The notes beneath the pieces were generated by a model. The model saw nothing but the letters and a program-made list of their open reading frames with translations, ran no database searches and was not told where the DNA came from. DNA of 64,000 nucleotides from Chrysomallon squamiferum (lineage: Eukaryota; Animalia; Mollusca), in contig CM022667.1 in NCBI GenBank assembly GCA_012295275.1, positions 8,742,001 through 8,806,000 on the forward strand, written 5' to 3'. The translations under genes were made by a program, and so were the position numbers. Within the stretch, counting starts at the first letter, position 1. Every line of letters begins with the position of its first letter. Of the stretch, positions 40,737 to 54,062 are shown in pieces.

Positions 40737-41624
40737 TTGAACTTTTTAAAATGAAAGAAGGGCTAACTTTAAAGGGCAAGAAAGAGCTTTTCTTTTAAAA
40801 AATATTTATATAAAATATAAATTAAATGCTGCATTATTTATTAACTTTTCTTGAAACTTCTAATAGTCACATACTTTGTAAAAATATAATACTTGAAGGT
40901 TTTAAAAAAAAAAAAATATCTAGTATAATTGTTTAAAGCTGAAAAAGAAAATACTTTCACTGATGTGACTTGATAACTTGATATGATCAGAAGTTTTCAC
41001 TGATAAGCATAAATAAACATATATATAACTCTTTTCTAAAAAGAAATCTGTTAATCAAGTAACAAGGATACAACATTCATAATAACTTTTAGGGGACAGC
41101 ATCGATGTACGTAATTCTCCCAGCATTGAGGACGCATGTTTCAATCCATCCATCAATTTTCCTTTGTCCTAAAAAAAGATTTAAAAAAAAAATTAAAAAT
41201 ATAAATTTAGTTTTCATAATCTGTAACTTGTCCTAAATTAAAACTGAATATACGTCACTGTTAAGATTCAGAAATCTGAAATTAACACTTTTAATTTTTA
41301 ATTTTTACATATTTTATGTTTTGTTTTAACTGAATCTGGAACTGAAGCATGACTTCTGACTTCTGTTTAAAATTCTGATGCATAAACAATCATGCAGAAA
41401 CATTTGCTAAGAACTGCCAGCACAGTAAATTATTTAATAACACACACACACACACACACACGAAATAAAATACCAACCAGACATCTTATCATCTGAAATG
41501 CCTGATTCTTCACAATATTCACTGCTTCTTCTAAAAACTTCTCTTGTTCCTCCTGGGGAGAAAGTTGGGGTGTTGACGGCTGGAAATAATTTTTTGTATT
41601 GTTATAGTATTAATTGAAAATAAA

Positions 41625-41708
<84 letters not shown>

Positions 41709-41908
41709 ATTTTTTATTTTGCTGTGTCGGAAGTAAAATATAAATTAAAAAGATAATCTCAACTAATAGATGAAGATATAGTAGTATTATACTTTTGTTT
41801 CCATATGGAATAATTACGTCAAGTAATATTTTAAATACGACATGGTGTTACTTAATTATTAAGAAAAATTATCGTAAAATATGAAACATTGACATAACCA
41901 CCCACCAT
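33125..41908 (-). CDS. VPS35: Vacuolar protein sorting 35 (retromer), 17 coding exons; one apparent +1 frameshift in exon 15
   Basis: Exons 41908-41906 (ATG only), 41579-41478, 41168-41072, 40559-40436, 40029-39847, 39371-39152, 38910-38827, 38418-38309, 37932-37836, 37411-37263, 36704-36497, 36012-35857, 35541-35419, 34789-34610, 34304-34067, 33862-33719, 33301-33125. Motifs [70 protein letters not shown]. Confidence 0.97.
40560..41071 (-). other. U12-type GT-AG intron 3 of VPS35
   Basis: Minus-strand 5' site GTATCCTT (plus AAGGATAC 41064-41071). Branch TTCCTTAAC (plus 40569-40577) lies just before the AG. T|AC joins as Tyr in ..YMAISDEL. Confidence 0.92.
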
Positions 41909-42170
41909 GTTGAAGTCATGTGACTTGATACCGTATTTCACTAATCAAAATGGACAAGAGTTATTGTTGAAACGAGGACACAATTTTGACAATTTAATCG
42001 TAATTCTGTAGGATGAATATTAAGAAAATAACAACAATATATGTTTAGAATCATGGATTAAAACTTTTGTTTTATCAACTGGATATTCACAGCTGTCACA
42101 TAATCGCAGAATATGAGATATTTTAGTAAACTCATTATAGATCTGAACATGAGAAAAATAACAATCCACT

Positions 42171-42218
<48 letters not shown>

Positions 42219-42388
42219 GGGGAAAAAAAAAAAAAAAAAAAAAAGAGAGAAAGATATGAATAAATTATAATTATTAATAAATATTTAAAAATTCCAAATG
42301 CAAGCAAAGTAATTATTTTCATTTGAATATAAGTTAAGTTTGGCGCAACCTTTCTTTCATCCATTCAGCTAAAATTCTACACAGGAAT

Positions 42389-42438
<50 letters not shown>

Positions 42439-43251
42439 ATACTACTACCACACACACGGAGACACACACATACACACACACATATTATGCACAAGGTCTG
42501 CTATCAAAATACTTATCTATGCGAAAGAATTATATATCTCTGAGAAGAAATATAAATTATATTATTCGGAAAAGTTAATTCCATCCAACATCACGAATAA
42601 TTTAATACACTAAACATATTCCGATTTATTTGAAATAATTAGTTACTTTTTTGTGATTTTTCTTTAAAATAGTGCGTTCTTTAAATGGCGAGTATACTGC
42701 GAACGCCCTTGATGTTTTTGCACAGAAAATATTAGCATCATCTTCACTGGGTTCTGGCATTCCGATGAATTTGGTTCCACTTCACTTCGGTGTTAGGCCT
42801 AGCTTTTAAGCCACCTGCTAAATTCTTTCATTTCTGACGTCATAATTATTAAAATTATGCTGACGTTGCCACAAATAATATTTTATTTTATTCTACTATA
42901 TTAGTTATTTCTCTCATTTTATTTACCGATTATTTTGTAACCATTTATAAAGTGATTATATGGATATTTAAATTTACAAATTTTATTTGAAAATATGTAT
43001 GTAATAATTAATATTATAAAACATTTTACATTTGTATCCGAATCTTTGGTCCGTTTTTGCTTTTACATTTTGGCAACAAAATGGTGTCGTCTGAGAGGCT
43101 CGTTTTGGCGCGAAATCACGACAAGGCGTTTTCACCTAAATACACCTGAATTTATTTAAGCTTCCAGAAGTGACTGAAGTGCCTGAAATTTGCTCTGATT
43201 AGCACGTTATTTTTGTTTACTGACTGACTGACTAAGCGAACAGTTTCTGAA
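41909..43251. promoter_or_regulatory. Bidirectional VPS35/ORC6 promoter region with E2F, CRE and E-box motifs
   Basis: Start codons diverge ~1.35 kb apart. TTTTGGCGCGAAA (43103-43115, overlapping E2F sites), TGACGTCA (42835-42842), GTCATGTGAC (41915-41924). Confidence 0.7.
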
Positions 43252-46200
43252 ATGAATCAAGAAGTCGGTGGCACTTTTTCCATTATTAGGAGATTTGCGG
43301 AGAAACTTGGTATCGACAGTTCAAAAATAATTAAGTGCGATATATGTTTTTTTTTTTTTTTTTTTTAGAAGTTTAGTATCATAAAGTATGTCTACAAATT
43401 CAGTATTATTTTCTAAATTTGGTGTTTAGACTTCATTATTAGACTTCGTACTCTTGCAGTTTCTAAGTTTCAGTTTCGGTTTTGTGTTACCGCCGGCTAA
43501 AGTTTTTACTGAATATTTCCGTATAGTTTGTAACTCTGTTATTCATAATTCTGCAACCAATGCAAATAATATTAAATAATTAATAAATAACGAATATACA
43601 ATTTTCATAGCTCATAATCATAAATGATAATGATTAGCCATTACATGGTTAATCGCATTAAACAGGCAGTTTTTCCATACTATCTATAATCTTAGGGTCA
43701 GATTATCAGTTTGCACTCGCAAGCCGATTATCATTTATTGATTTAATAAAAAAATAAAAAATGACATTCGTTTTTCAAAATTCTAATAATTAATAAAACA
43801 GGAAATGCCAATGACAAAAGTACGATGGTGATATAGGGCCTATTTGGATAAAAAACTGAAGGTAGGTATGTGGACAAAAATCTCAAACCCAAGAAATCAG
43901 AAAACAAATATGAAATAACACCATGACAGCTGGAAACCCCTTTAAGTTTAAAATGACACCATGATCATGTAATTATGTTGAATATTAAGGAACTCATTAA
44001 TTTCAGATAAGTGATTATTTTTGTCCAATTAAGCAATATTTAAATATAAAATAATAGCTATTTGTGATTAAAAAAACAGCTATATTTTAACATTTCCCCC
44101 CATTATCTTTATTATTAAATAATAATCAAGCTTTCTTGAAGATATTTTCAGTGAAGACAGATGGCAGTCTCTGCTTTTGATTGTATTTCTAAAAATGAAA
44201 AAAGAAGTTACTAATAATTAATTTGTTTTGTTAAATATAAACTCTAATTAGGAGATAATTACTTAAAAGTTAAATTAGCAGAACTACAAACAAATTTTGG
44301 TTGGATTAAATTTCTCCAGTTCTGGAAATTGGAGTAATTAAAACAAAATAATAGTAATAATTTTACAAACCAAAGAGAACTTAGACATTTATATTGGTTT
44401 TTAACCTGTATTTTGTATTTGCATTAGGCTCAATAGAGAACAACAAATATCATTTAAAACCACTATAATCTATAAATAATTTTAGACTTAAAATGTATGC
44501 TAAAAACACTTAAAAAAAATATTGAAAAAAAGAGATTTACTTGTGGTTTTTTCCAATATGCTTTTACTTGAAATGGATCCATAAATTTGCAGATAATTTC
44601 AAAAAGGTTATATTTAATTTAAGGGGGAAAATTTAGAAGTTAAAAAAAGAAGAAGGGAAAAAAAAGGATGCTTTCTACAAACTAACCAGACAAAAGTAAT
44701 GAGGATAAACTTTGTTGTATAACAGGCATTTATGAACAGCCCACTACAGGAATTTCTACCAACTTCTGAAACAGCAGTATATTCATTTCTTCAAATCTTT
44801 ATTCTCAATCACTTTTTTAAAAATAAGTATAATTTATATTTTGCAATGCAATACAAGTTTTGCTGTTAGTACTGTTTTAAGGCTTTTGTCAACAAGTTGA
44901 CAAAGTGGGCAACTTGGCCTGATAATCATAAGGATTGATAAAAATGTAGAAAGAAAGCTTTTATATATCAGACAGTTTAATTCTGATATAATTAATTAAT
45001 TAATTAATTAATATTTTACAGGAAAGCATCTGAATTTTCACAGCTATTAGACATACGAGTTAGCAGTTCTTCGTTTAAAGCTCTTCAGTTAAACAGCTCA
45101 AGTAAAACCATAATATGTCTTGATCTTGCTGCAGCTTATCATGGAACAGTTATTAATAAGGTAAGTGAATGAATCGCATACCAACTAGTTTTTTAAATCT
45201 TAATTTCAGTAATGTTATTGTGAGAGAGGAAGCATGCTTCTATCAGATTATTAGCTGTGTTATGTATTAACAGCAGTAGATCCTTTAAATGCAGTTTCCC
45301 TTGGAGATTTGCTTTGACATTAACCATGGGACACCTGTGATAATGGCAAAATGTTCAGAGAGAATTCTGACCACTTTGCCATTGTAAATTTGTGTCACTA
45401 ATAACTTCTGTCAACAGTAAAATGGGTGTCTTGTTATCTGTACTCCATTTTAATTTTAGAATGAGGCTATTAAAATATCTGGTGTTAACAAGAAGGTTTA
45501 TTTGGGATCCCTGAAAGCTGTGGAATCCATCTTGGATCTCCACGACAACAAGAATATAAAAGAGCTGGCTGTGCAGTTTGGTTGCACTCAAGCTACTATA
45601 TTGGCACAGAACATTCTTCAACAGTAAGTAACATTTCAAAAAAAAATTAAAACCATTCTGTTTATGTATTTTTGCAAATACCATTTGAAATGGATTTGAT
45701 TATTAATATTGAAATAGATTGGTTTAAACATTGAAATAAAATGGTCATGGTTATATGGTAGTGTGTTGTTAAATATACAATAAATTCACTGTTTTATAGA
45801 GTGGTTTTTTAATTAATAAAGTGACTACTGTACAGAATTAAAATTATTTAAAAAAAAAAGAAAAGAAGTGCATGTGCTTTTTTTTTGGCATTTGTACAGA
45901 TATGAGAAAATGCTGTGCTCCAGTGTGGACACTTCTGGTGCATTGTTTCAAGTGGCAGCACTAGATGTAGCTTGCAGGTTTGTTAGAATATTTTATATTC
46001 AAATTAAAAATAAATTTATACAAAAACATATATTATTTGTCATACCATGTTTAAGAAAATTAAAGTAATAACCAAAACTGCTTCATTTAATGTAATTAGA
46101 TGTATTTATCCCATATAATCATTCAAACCTTTTAAAATTCTTAAAAGTGAAAGTACAGTTTATTGAATTATCTCCCTCAGAACATGGAAAGTAACTGCTG

Positions 46201-47061
46201 ACAATCATTAATAAATCAAATATTTAAAAATTTATTTTCTCTATAATCAGTTAATAATAATATAAAATAGAAAGTACTGTTATTTTTTTCTTTTCCTTTA
46301 TTATTATTAGTTTAAAACTTTGCTCACCATTTCTAGAAAGTTGAAAGTTAGAATTGACAGAGTGAAACTGAAAGAAACATGCAGTATAAAGAAGACAACT
46401 TACAGCAGACTTGTAACAGAAATGGAAAAAGTTGCTGATAGTTTGATTGAAGAGAAAACAACAAACATAAAAAAGACTAAAACATTCCTAGAAGAAATAG
46501 AAGAAAAAGTTAATGGTATGTACATAATGTAGACATATTAATGTTTATCATGATGAATTACAAATTGTTTTCTTAACTTGAAACTAGTGAGATTCTTCAG
46601 AGCTCACATATTGGAAAATTGGAGGCAGCTATATTCATTGTGATCCATAATTATTATATAAAAAAACAAATGCACTTACTGGCAATATATTATGTGCATA
46701 TGATACTTCACATGCACATAATATATTTCCAGTAAGTGCTTTTTTTTAAAGAATCTTAACATTTACAAAAACCCATAAAAGAAGTTACCAGTGGTATTTA
46801 TTAGAGTTCTTTCATTAAATGCAGTTTTTTTCATTGCACTTGTACTGTAACATGAAATTGCATCAGCTGTGAAATGTATTGCACTTAAATTTATCAATCT
46901 CCATGATCTAAACAGTTTTTTATTTTATTTTTTTAAAAGCTCAGTGCCATGAAGAGAATCCCAGGAAACGTAACTATGACGATGAGTCTGAAGAGCAAAC
47001 AAAGGAAAACTATGCAGAATGGAAGAAAAGAATTCTAGCAAAAGTTGCAGCAAAATCATAA
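43252..47061 (+). CDS. ORC6: Origin recognition complex subunit 6
   Basis: Exons 43252-43334, 45022-45160, 45460-45623, 45900-45977, 46337-46515, 46940-47061 in phase. Motifs AEKLGI, ICLDLAA, IKISGVNKKVY, IKELAVQFGC, and C-terminal NYAEWKKRIL (human DYEEWKRKIL). Confidence 0.93.
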
Positions 47062-49736
47062 CACATGGGATTTCTGCTAGATGAGAAAAGTAGAACAAAA
47101 GGTATTGGGTGTTGTAGGAAGTTACTCCACTTTCTGTTTTATGATCATGTAAAAACACCTGTCAGTGTTGGACTATTGCTTCTTTTATTTTACATTTTCC
47201 GTTATAATCTAATTATTTTGACCATGTAACTTTTTACGTTTTCATGCTAGGTTGTTATTAATCACATATTCATTCGTTATCACTTAATATTAAATACACT
47301 TTATTATTTACCAGATTAATTTCTGAATGTGTAATTTATTCATCGGTCACTTTCTCCCTCAGATTTACACTCCTTTCTTCAAATGATATTTCTTATTTTT
47401 TGAAATGTAAACATAAAGTGCATTAACCTTGTGCATAGATAAATATTAATAATGGTCTTTACATTTTGTTCTTATTGAATGATGATAAATACCTTATTCT
47501 TAAATAATTCTGTTTTGATTTTATTTTTTCAATTCTGTACTTTTATACATTCTTCAGTCTTCAATAATAATTTTTTCTTTTTTTTACCTACTGTATTATG
47601 TTTTTCTTATAATGCCTGTTCACTAACATTCTCTAAAATTTTTATTAAATTTTTTTAATCCAGCTGATCATATTTACAAAGTCAAATTACAAAGTGTTAT
47701 CATTTAATAAAAAATTATTTCTGCATCTTCATTTTTACAAAAAAAAATTCTGCTTCATTGCTTAGTGTGTCCTTACAGTTAACTTGCTCATTATCATCAG
47801 TTATTTCTCTACAAGTATATTCATAAAATCATTTTTTGTTTTTTACATGTCAAACAACCTTCTTCAAAACCAGAATCAATAAATCATCTGTATAATAAAA
47901 AACCTGAACTTTATTCAGGGTAACTATACAGTCGAATCAGAGTGAATATGGCCAGGATTTTTAGTTCCAGTAAATTTATGTCTTTTTAATGTTACGCCTT
48001 CAGCGGCCATGTTTTATCTTTCAAATTTTTTCTTTGAAAAGCAGATTGAAAAATATTAAATATTTGCTGACTGTTTTCATGATCTGAAGTGCCAGTTGCT
48101 GTATACTGTATTGAAACCAAGGTTAATTAACAAATCGTTATTTTCCATTTCAGTTTTGCTCCCAGCTTATTTCTGAAAAAGATTTTTCAGTTTAATCCAT
48201 AAATGTTTTTATATATATTTATTTATCAACTTTTTCATATTTCATATTTCTTTTCTTTCTAATTTTATTTGTGAATTTTAAGGAAAACTTTTGATAGTTT
48301 TACCAGGATTACACCTGAATTGATAACATCATATGTTCCCATTATCTGCATATTTCCCCCCCAAAATACACAAAATCAGTAAATAAAATGAATTATTACT
48401 CCTTTGTACACATCAAGAGTGCTGTTTGATGGTCTTGATCTGGTAGTTCATCTGTATTAATAGAAATTCTGCATCTGCAGGCTGTGTAGTATGCTAATAT
48501 CTCTTTACTATTCTCTGAACAGCAAACTTTCACCATGTAGAAATAGTATTTTCTGGAGTCTTTCTTGATTTATGAAGATGGCACTTATCTGATCAGCTGT
48601 ATTAATAGAATTTATCTGTCAGCTGTATTAATAGAAATATTGCATCTGCTGAAAGCTGTGCAGTATGCAAATATGAAGATGGTTTATCTGATCTTTTCTG
48701 AACAGCAAACCTTCACCATGTAGAAATAGTATTTTCTCTTTTTGAACAGCAAACCTGTCTTCTTCAAAATAGTATTTTCTGGATTTTTTTGCTGTCTTCT
48801 TCAAAGTATAGTTAGATGGTTTCAGTCTTTTGCACCAATATACGTTTCGAATCATTTAATAAAATATGTAAAAGAGTATAGATGACTTGGTGCCAATTGT
48901 ATGTATATAAGGTTAGTTGCCAGATAAGCCAATTTCTCCTTACGCAGCTCTAGATATAATAAAGATTTTGTTTTTTAAAAGGAAACATTTTGCATGATCA
49001 TTGGCAACAGTTTTCCTTTCTCTCTTTTTTTTTTTTATTTATTTATTTATTTTTTTTTTGCTTCGCCAGAAAGTCGGAGTTTGTATTTCTTTACTGTTAA
49101 TTATGGCAATTTCTTAAATGTTGTTAGAAAATTTAGTTTCTTATACTAGTAAAATATTTTTAAAATATAAATTTATTTTTCATAATAACTCTATGAATTT
49201 AGGCCAACTGTCTTTTTAACACAAAGTTGTTTTTGGTCATTTGAAATAATTATGTTTCTTCCCTAGAGAGATATGCAGATTTGAAATTTCCTTATTCTGA
49301 AATTTTTGAGTCAGAATATTGGTCAAAAGAAAATTGGATTTAAAATTTAGAATTAAAATTTGTCCAGTATTGAAAAACATTTCTTTGTGTTTATTGAATA
49401 GTTACTATTTCTGTTCTGGAATCTTGAACTACAATTACATTGTAGTTACATTTAAACCAAAAAAATTATTGCATTAGCCTATAACTAGTCATCTCCAGCA
49501 TTTTGTTATGATACAGTTTGCCAATTTTTTATTTATTTAGAAAATATCCAATTTAAGAACATTCAAGATTTTCAAAGACTTGTCTCAGTTAAACAAAAAA
49601 GTTTCTTGACTGTGGATCCACCAGACTTAAAATTACCTTTTTCAGTATCTTAAATATTCACTGATCCACTGTGCCAGAAGATCTACAGTGCCCTGAATCT
49701 CCTTATGTATCACAGATGCTTTTCCATTGCTTAAGA

Positions 49737-51585
49737 TAGTGGTTCCCAACCTTTTTAATGCCCTGCACCCCTAAAATATTTTAATATATTCTCGCACCCC
49801 TTACAATACATGTAATGATTTATTTAAGAATAAAGTTGAAAACGACCGAAGAAAGTTTGTATAACTAATTTTTAATAATGTACTCTATGAACAAAAATGA
49901 AATATATGGAAACGAAAAAATGCAACAAACTGCATGCAAACAACATGAATTTGTCAAAAAATTAAATTTTCATCTATGCATGATTTTTTTAAAAAGATTA
50001 AAAATTCAAATTTAAAATCCACATCAAATTTAATGACTCTTTTGTTCCTGTTTATTGCTTAAGAGTTTTTCAAAATGTGGCACTTTGTTACTGATAGCAA
50101 TTCGCATGTCTGCCTGTGCACTTAAGCGATTTCTAGACTTTGTCTTGATTGACAAAAGAGCACTAAATCCAGACTCGCGTAAGTAAGTCGTCGCAAATGG
50201 GATGAGCATACTTAGTGCTTTTTCACAAAGTCCTGGAAACATGTCCATTGCCAAGCACCAATATTGTTCCAAAGTTTTGATTTCAAACTGCATTTCAAGA
50301 ACACAATTTGTGCGCAATTCAATAAGATCGTCTTTCAACTTTTCATCATCCGACATATAATCCAAATTAAAGGAGTAAGGATTTATTATCCATTCTTCAG
50401 AAGTTTCCAGTTCTCCTCCTCCAAAATATCCATCAGATGACTTTGATAGTATTTCCAAATGATTTACAATTTCATCACACACACTTGGAATTTAGATACT
50501 CATCTTCATCAACCATTTCTTCGAGTGATGGAAAATTTGAGAGATTACCTCTTTTAACTCGTCGACACCAGAGATGTAACTTTTCTTTGAAAGCATTTAA
50601 CTTTTCACAATAATTTGGATATCTAGGTCATGTTTTGCAAAGAAATTCTTCACACATTGGAAGATATCTTTTCCTTTGGTGGTTCTCTTCAGATCTCCAC
50701 AGAACAGGAAATCTTCCATTATGGCACCATCATGAACATATCTCACTAAAGCAATGAGTTGACTGCAATTTTCAACATCAGTTGTTTTGTCCAACTGGAG
50801 AGATATTTTCAAGGGACTAGCTTTGATATCTGTGATAACTTGGTCCAAAATGTCCGAACTTAAATCACTAATTCGGCTCTGAATAACATTATTTGATAAC
50901 AGCACTAGTTTAAGCTTGTTTTTTCCCAGAACAATTTTTGCCATTTCTAATCACATGGCTTTATCACCTCTTCTGCAATTGTATGGGGCTTCTTGGATTT
51001 AGCTACTTTATACGCCATGTGGTATGAAGCCATCAACAGTGGTTTGTCAGCAGATATAAAACCTAATTTTGGAAGGGTTCCTCGTGAATCAAAGCGGATC
51101 CTTTTTGCTTTCAATGATTCAACATCATGACCTGCAACATCTGCTCCACCATGACGGTTATTAAAGTGTTCTTGCAACTTAGATGGCTTCAAATTTGCGT
51201 TTGAAAAGACGACATTACAAAGTATGCACTGGGGTTTCTGCAGATCTTCAGTTGTTTCAGTGCAAGTAAAACCAAACTGCACATAATCATCATTCCATTT
51301 CCTTTTCTTTGACATGACTAAGGGTTAATTATTAATTTGTTAATTGTAATCTGGAAAAATATAGAGAAAGTTAATTAGAACAAAAATAACAATATAGGTA
51401 AAATACCATTAGTATAATAACTGTTTATTAGAGACACAAAAGAAATGATCACTGCACAAACACAGAATGCACTGAAAAATTGACAATGAATCAACTGAGA
51501 AGGCACTCTTAATACAAGACAAAAAACTGAAAAACCATCTCACATCCCCTGGAATGCTGCCTCGCACCCTGGTCGGGAACTCCTG
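49737..51585 (-). mobile_element. Defective Buster-type hAT DNA transposon (ZBED8/SCAND3-like transposase), both ends present
   Basis: TIRs TAGTGGTTCCCAAC ... GTCGGGAACTCCTG. Identical 8-bp TSD GCTTAAGA at 49729-49736 and 51586-51593. Confidence 0.9.
50030..51315 (-). pseudogene. Fragmented hAT transposase (BED-like finger, DUF4371-like region, C-terminal dimerization domain)
   Basis: ORF pieces 51315-50947 (KRKWNDDYVQFGF..PQCILC..LKPSKLQEHF), 50944-50597 (SLQLDKTTDV..SQL) and 50482-50030 (PFATTYLRESGFS..KTKSRNRL). Stops, frameshifts and a missing central catalytic segment. Confidence 0.9.
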
Positions 51586-51789
51586 GCTTAAGATGTTAAT
51601 AAAGAGCGATTGAGATTTGAATAATGACTTAAAACTGGTCAAACATGTTGTTTCTTTTCTCCAAGAAATAATTTCAAAAATAAGGACTTGCAAAACCCTG
51701 ATGTATCATTTTAATGCTCATAGATGAGAATGGCCTGACAAAAAAAAATCAGGAAACTTATTTTTATGAAATTTAGGGAACCACTAAGC

Positions 51790-54062
51790 CATTGCTGCCC
51801 AACCTTTTCCGAACATGGGCCGGATTTAAGAAAAAAACAATGCCAGTGGGCCGGACTCACATTTCTAGCCTTTCATTTTTTAATACAACTACTTGAAATG
51901 GTTTGAAAAAGTAGTCAGAACTGAAAATATTGATCCTATTATTCTATTTATAGAAATTATCCATTATACAATTATAATTCATAACTCAATTTAAACACAT
52001 GATCCTATTTCTATTACTTCTTCACTGCTATCAAAAAATTATAGTCTCCAGATATTACATGAATACAAAATGACCATTAAAAATTTTGATTTAGAATCTT
52101 ACATTCTATAAAACAAATTTAATAATTGATCAAGATTAAAAAAACATTTGTTCAAATAAATGGCTTTGTATTTCAATAATAAAACAATTTTATTTAGATG
52201 TATACCGGTAATGAATGAAAATATCAGTGAGAAACTTGAAATTGTTTTGAGTCATCAAGAAGCTTTTCAGTGTCTGCCAGAATATTTGTTAAGGCCAGTC
52301 GAAGTTCATGTTCAAGGTGAGCATCACTGAAAGAATTTCTTTTGTTCGATTTTACCAATTGCATGCGGCTGAAGAGGTATTCACATATCCATGTTGAACT
52401 GAACAAAACGAGAAAGCGTTTTGAGTAGCAAGTAAGATTTGGATATTGAGTGTGAGGTAGACCGTATTTGTAGAAGTCCATCAGATTCCTTTTTAAAAAC
52501 TGACTCAATTCATTCAATTCCATTTGAAGCTCAACAGGGGCATCAGCAGGATCCACCTGATCTCGGTAAAGTAAGGAATGCCAGAAAATTCGGCGTTTAT
52601 CTCATCAAGAAAATTTTGAAATTGTCGATGATTTAATGCATGACTCCGAATGAAGTTGACAGCTTTCACGACATTATCCATGACGTGATCAAACTTAATG
52701 ATTTTGGAGCAAAGTGATTCCTGATGTATAATGCAATGGTACCACAATATTTGGTCTTTACTCACATTCAGGGATTCCAGTTTTCTTTGGATGAAACCAT
52801 GCAAGCCTTGTTCCTAACAGGCGATTCCCACCAGGTGATCGTAAGTCAGTCCCGCCTTTTCAAGTGCAGTATAGATTTCTTTGAAAACAGCAGTGCAATT
52901 TCCTTTCATGGGGCATAGAGCAAGTAATTCTTCAGTGATATTAAAACTTGAATCAACACCTCTCACGAAAATTGCCAGTTGTGGTGTATCAGTCATGTCA
53001 GTAGATTCGTCGATGGCAATGCTGTAAGTTTCCAAGTTTTTACAAAGTTCGTTCAACTGCATTTTCGTATTTTCGGCCAGTTCTTCAATCCTTTGGATTA
53101 TTGTATTACGCGACATGCTAACACATTTTATAGCTTTCTCTTTGCACAGAATTTCAGTCACCGAGGTGATACATTCTTTGACAAAGTCTCCTTCCGAAAA
53201 AGGTTTCGTGTTGCGTGCAATCTTTTCAGCAATGACAAAACTTACTTTGGCGTATTTTTTCGATCCATCATCTATTTTCTGAAAAATATTCTGTTGCGAA
53301 ACTAAATTCCTTTGAAGTAAAAGTACTTTCTCCTTGTGTTGATCTCCTTCATAATGATTATGGGTCGAAGCGTGCTTTAATGTGTAATGCCGTTTCACAT
53401 TTTCAACTTTTGGAACTGCAACTGTTTCACCACAGATCAGACAGAGACATTTTGCATTTGATTCCATGAAGAAATACAAATTTGTCCATGCCTCGTTAAA
53501 CCTGCGATTCTGCTTGTCTACTTTTCTAATTTTTCTAGCTGACACCATGGATGAACAAAATTTGAAATTTATTGTGAAAAAGAAACTACTGTAATTCGCT
53601 CATCGGTATAAGAAGGCTTCCATATCAAAAGTTGTGCCTGAGTAAATTTGAAATTAAATCACGGAAAAGTCACGTGATATTATTCCTAAAAAACGACACC
53701 TTCAACCACGATAGATTATTGTGGCGTGCGCGCCCCGGTGGAAAATACCATAGATATTTCAATAAGAAATGGTAAAAAGTTCAGCTTTTTCTATTGAAAT
53801 ATCTATGGTAATTTCCCATCAATCAATCAGTCGTACCCTCTGTGATACTTCACTTTTTATCAATATTTTGATGTCAGCAAACACACAGTTTTTAGACCTA
53901 ACACTACTCCATTCTTCAAACTGAAAACTATTGATTAGTAGCCAATCATCATCGAAGAAAAATAACAGTAGTAAGCGTCTGCGTTAATGTTAAGGAATAA
54001 ATTGAAGACCGACTAGCGGTCTGGATTCTAAGACTTTGTGGGCCGGACGTTGGGCAGCACTG
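51790..54062 (-). mobile_element. Defective hAT-Charlie/SPIN-like (GTF2IRD2/EPM2AIP1-type) DNA transposon
   Basis: TIRs CATTGCTGCCCAAC ... GTTGGGCAGCACTG, with subterminal GGGCCGGA motifs. Flanks CACTAAGC / CTGTATTA both have the central TA but do not match each other. Confidence 0.85.
52224..53548 (-). pseudogene. Fragmented GTF2IRD2/SPIN-like hAT transposase
   Basis: ORFs 53548-52814 (RKVDKQNRRFNEAW..CLCLIC..KRHY..H; SIAIDESTDMTDTPQLAIFVRG), 52804-52514 (YHCIIHQESLC..HRQF..TEIRW) and 52556-52224 (FSSTWICEYLFSRM..K..RN). Frameshifts and an internal deletion after TEIRW. Confidence 0.9.

Noticed and set aside
50030-53548. Domesticated ZBED8 / GTF2IRD2 genes, or one nested composite element 49737-54511
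   Set aside because: The ORFs are broken and bounded by TIRs. The GCTTAAGA TSD closes element 1 at 51585, so the elements are adjacent rather than nested in it.
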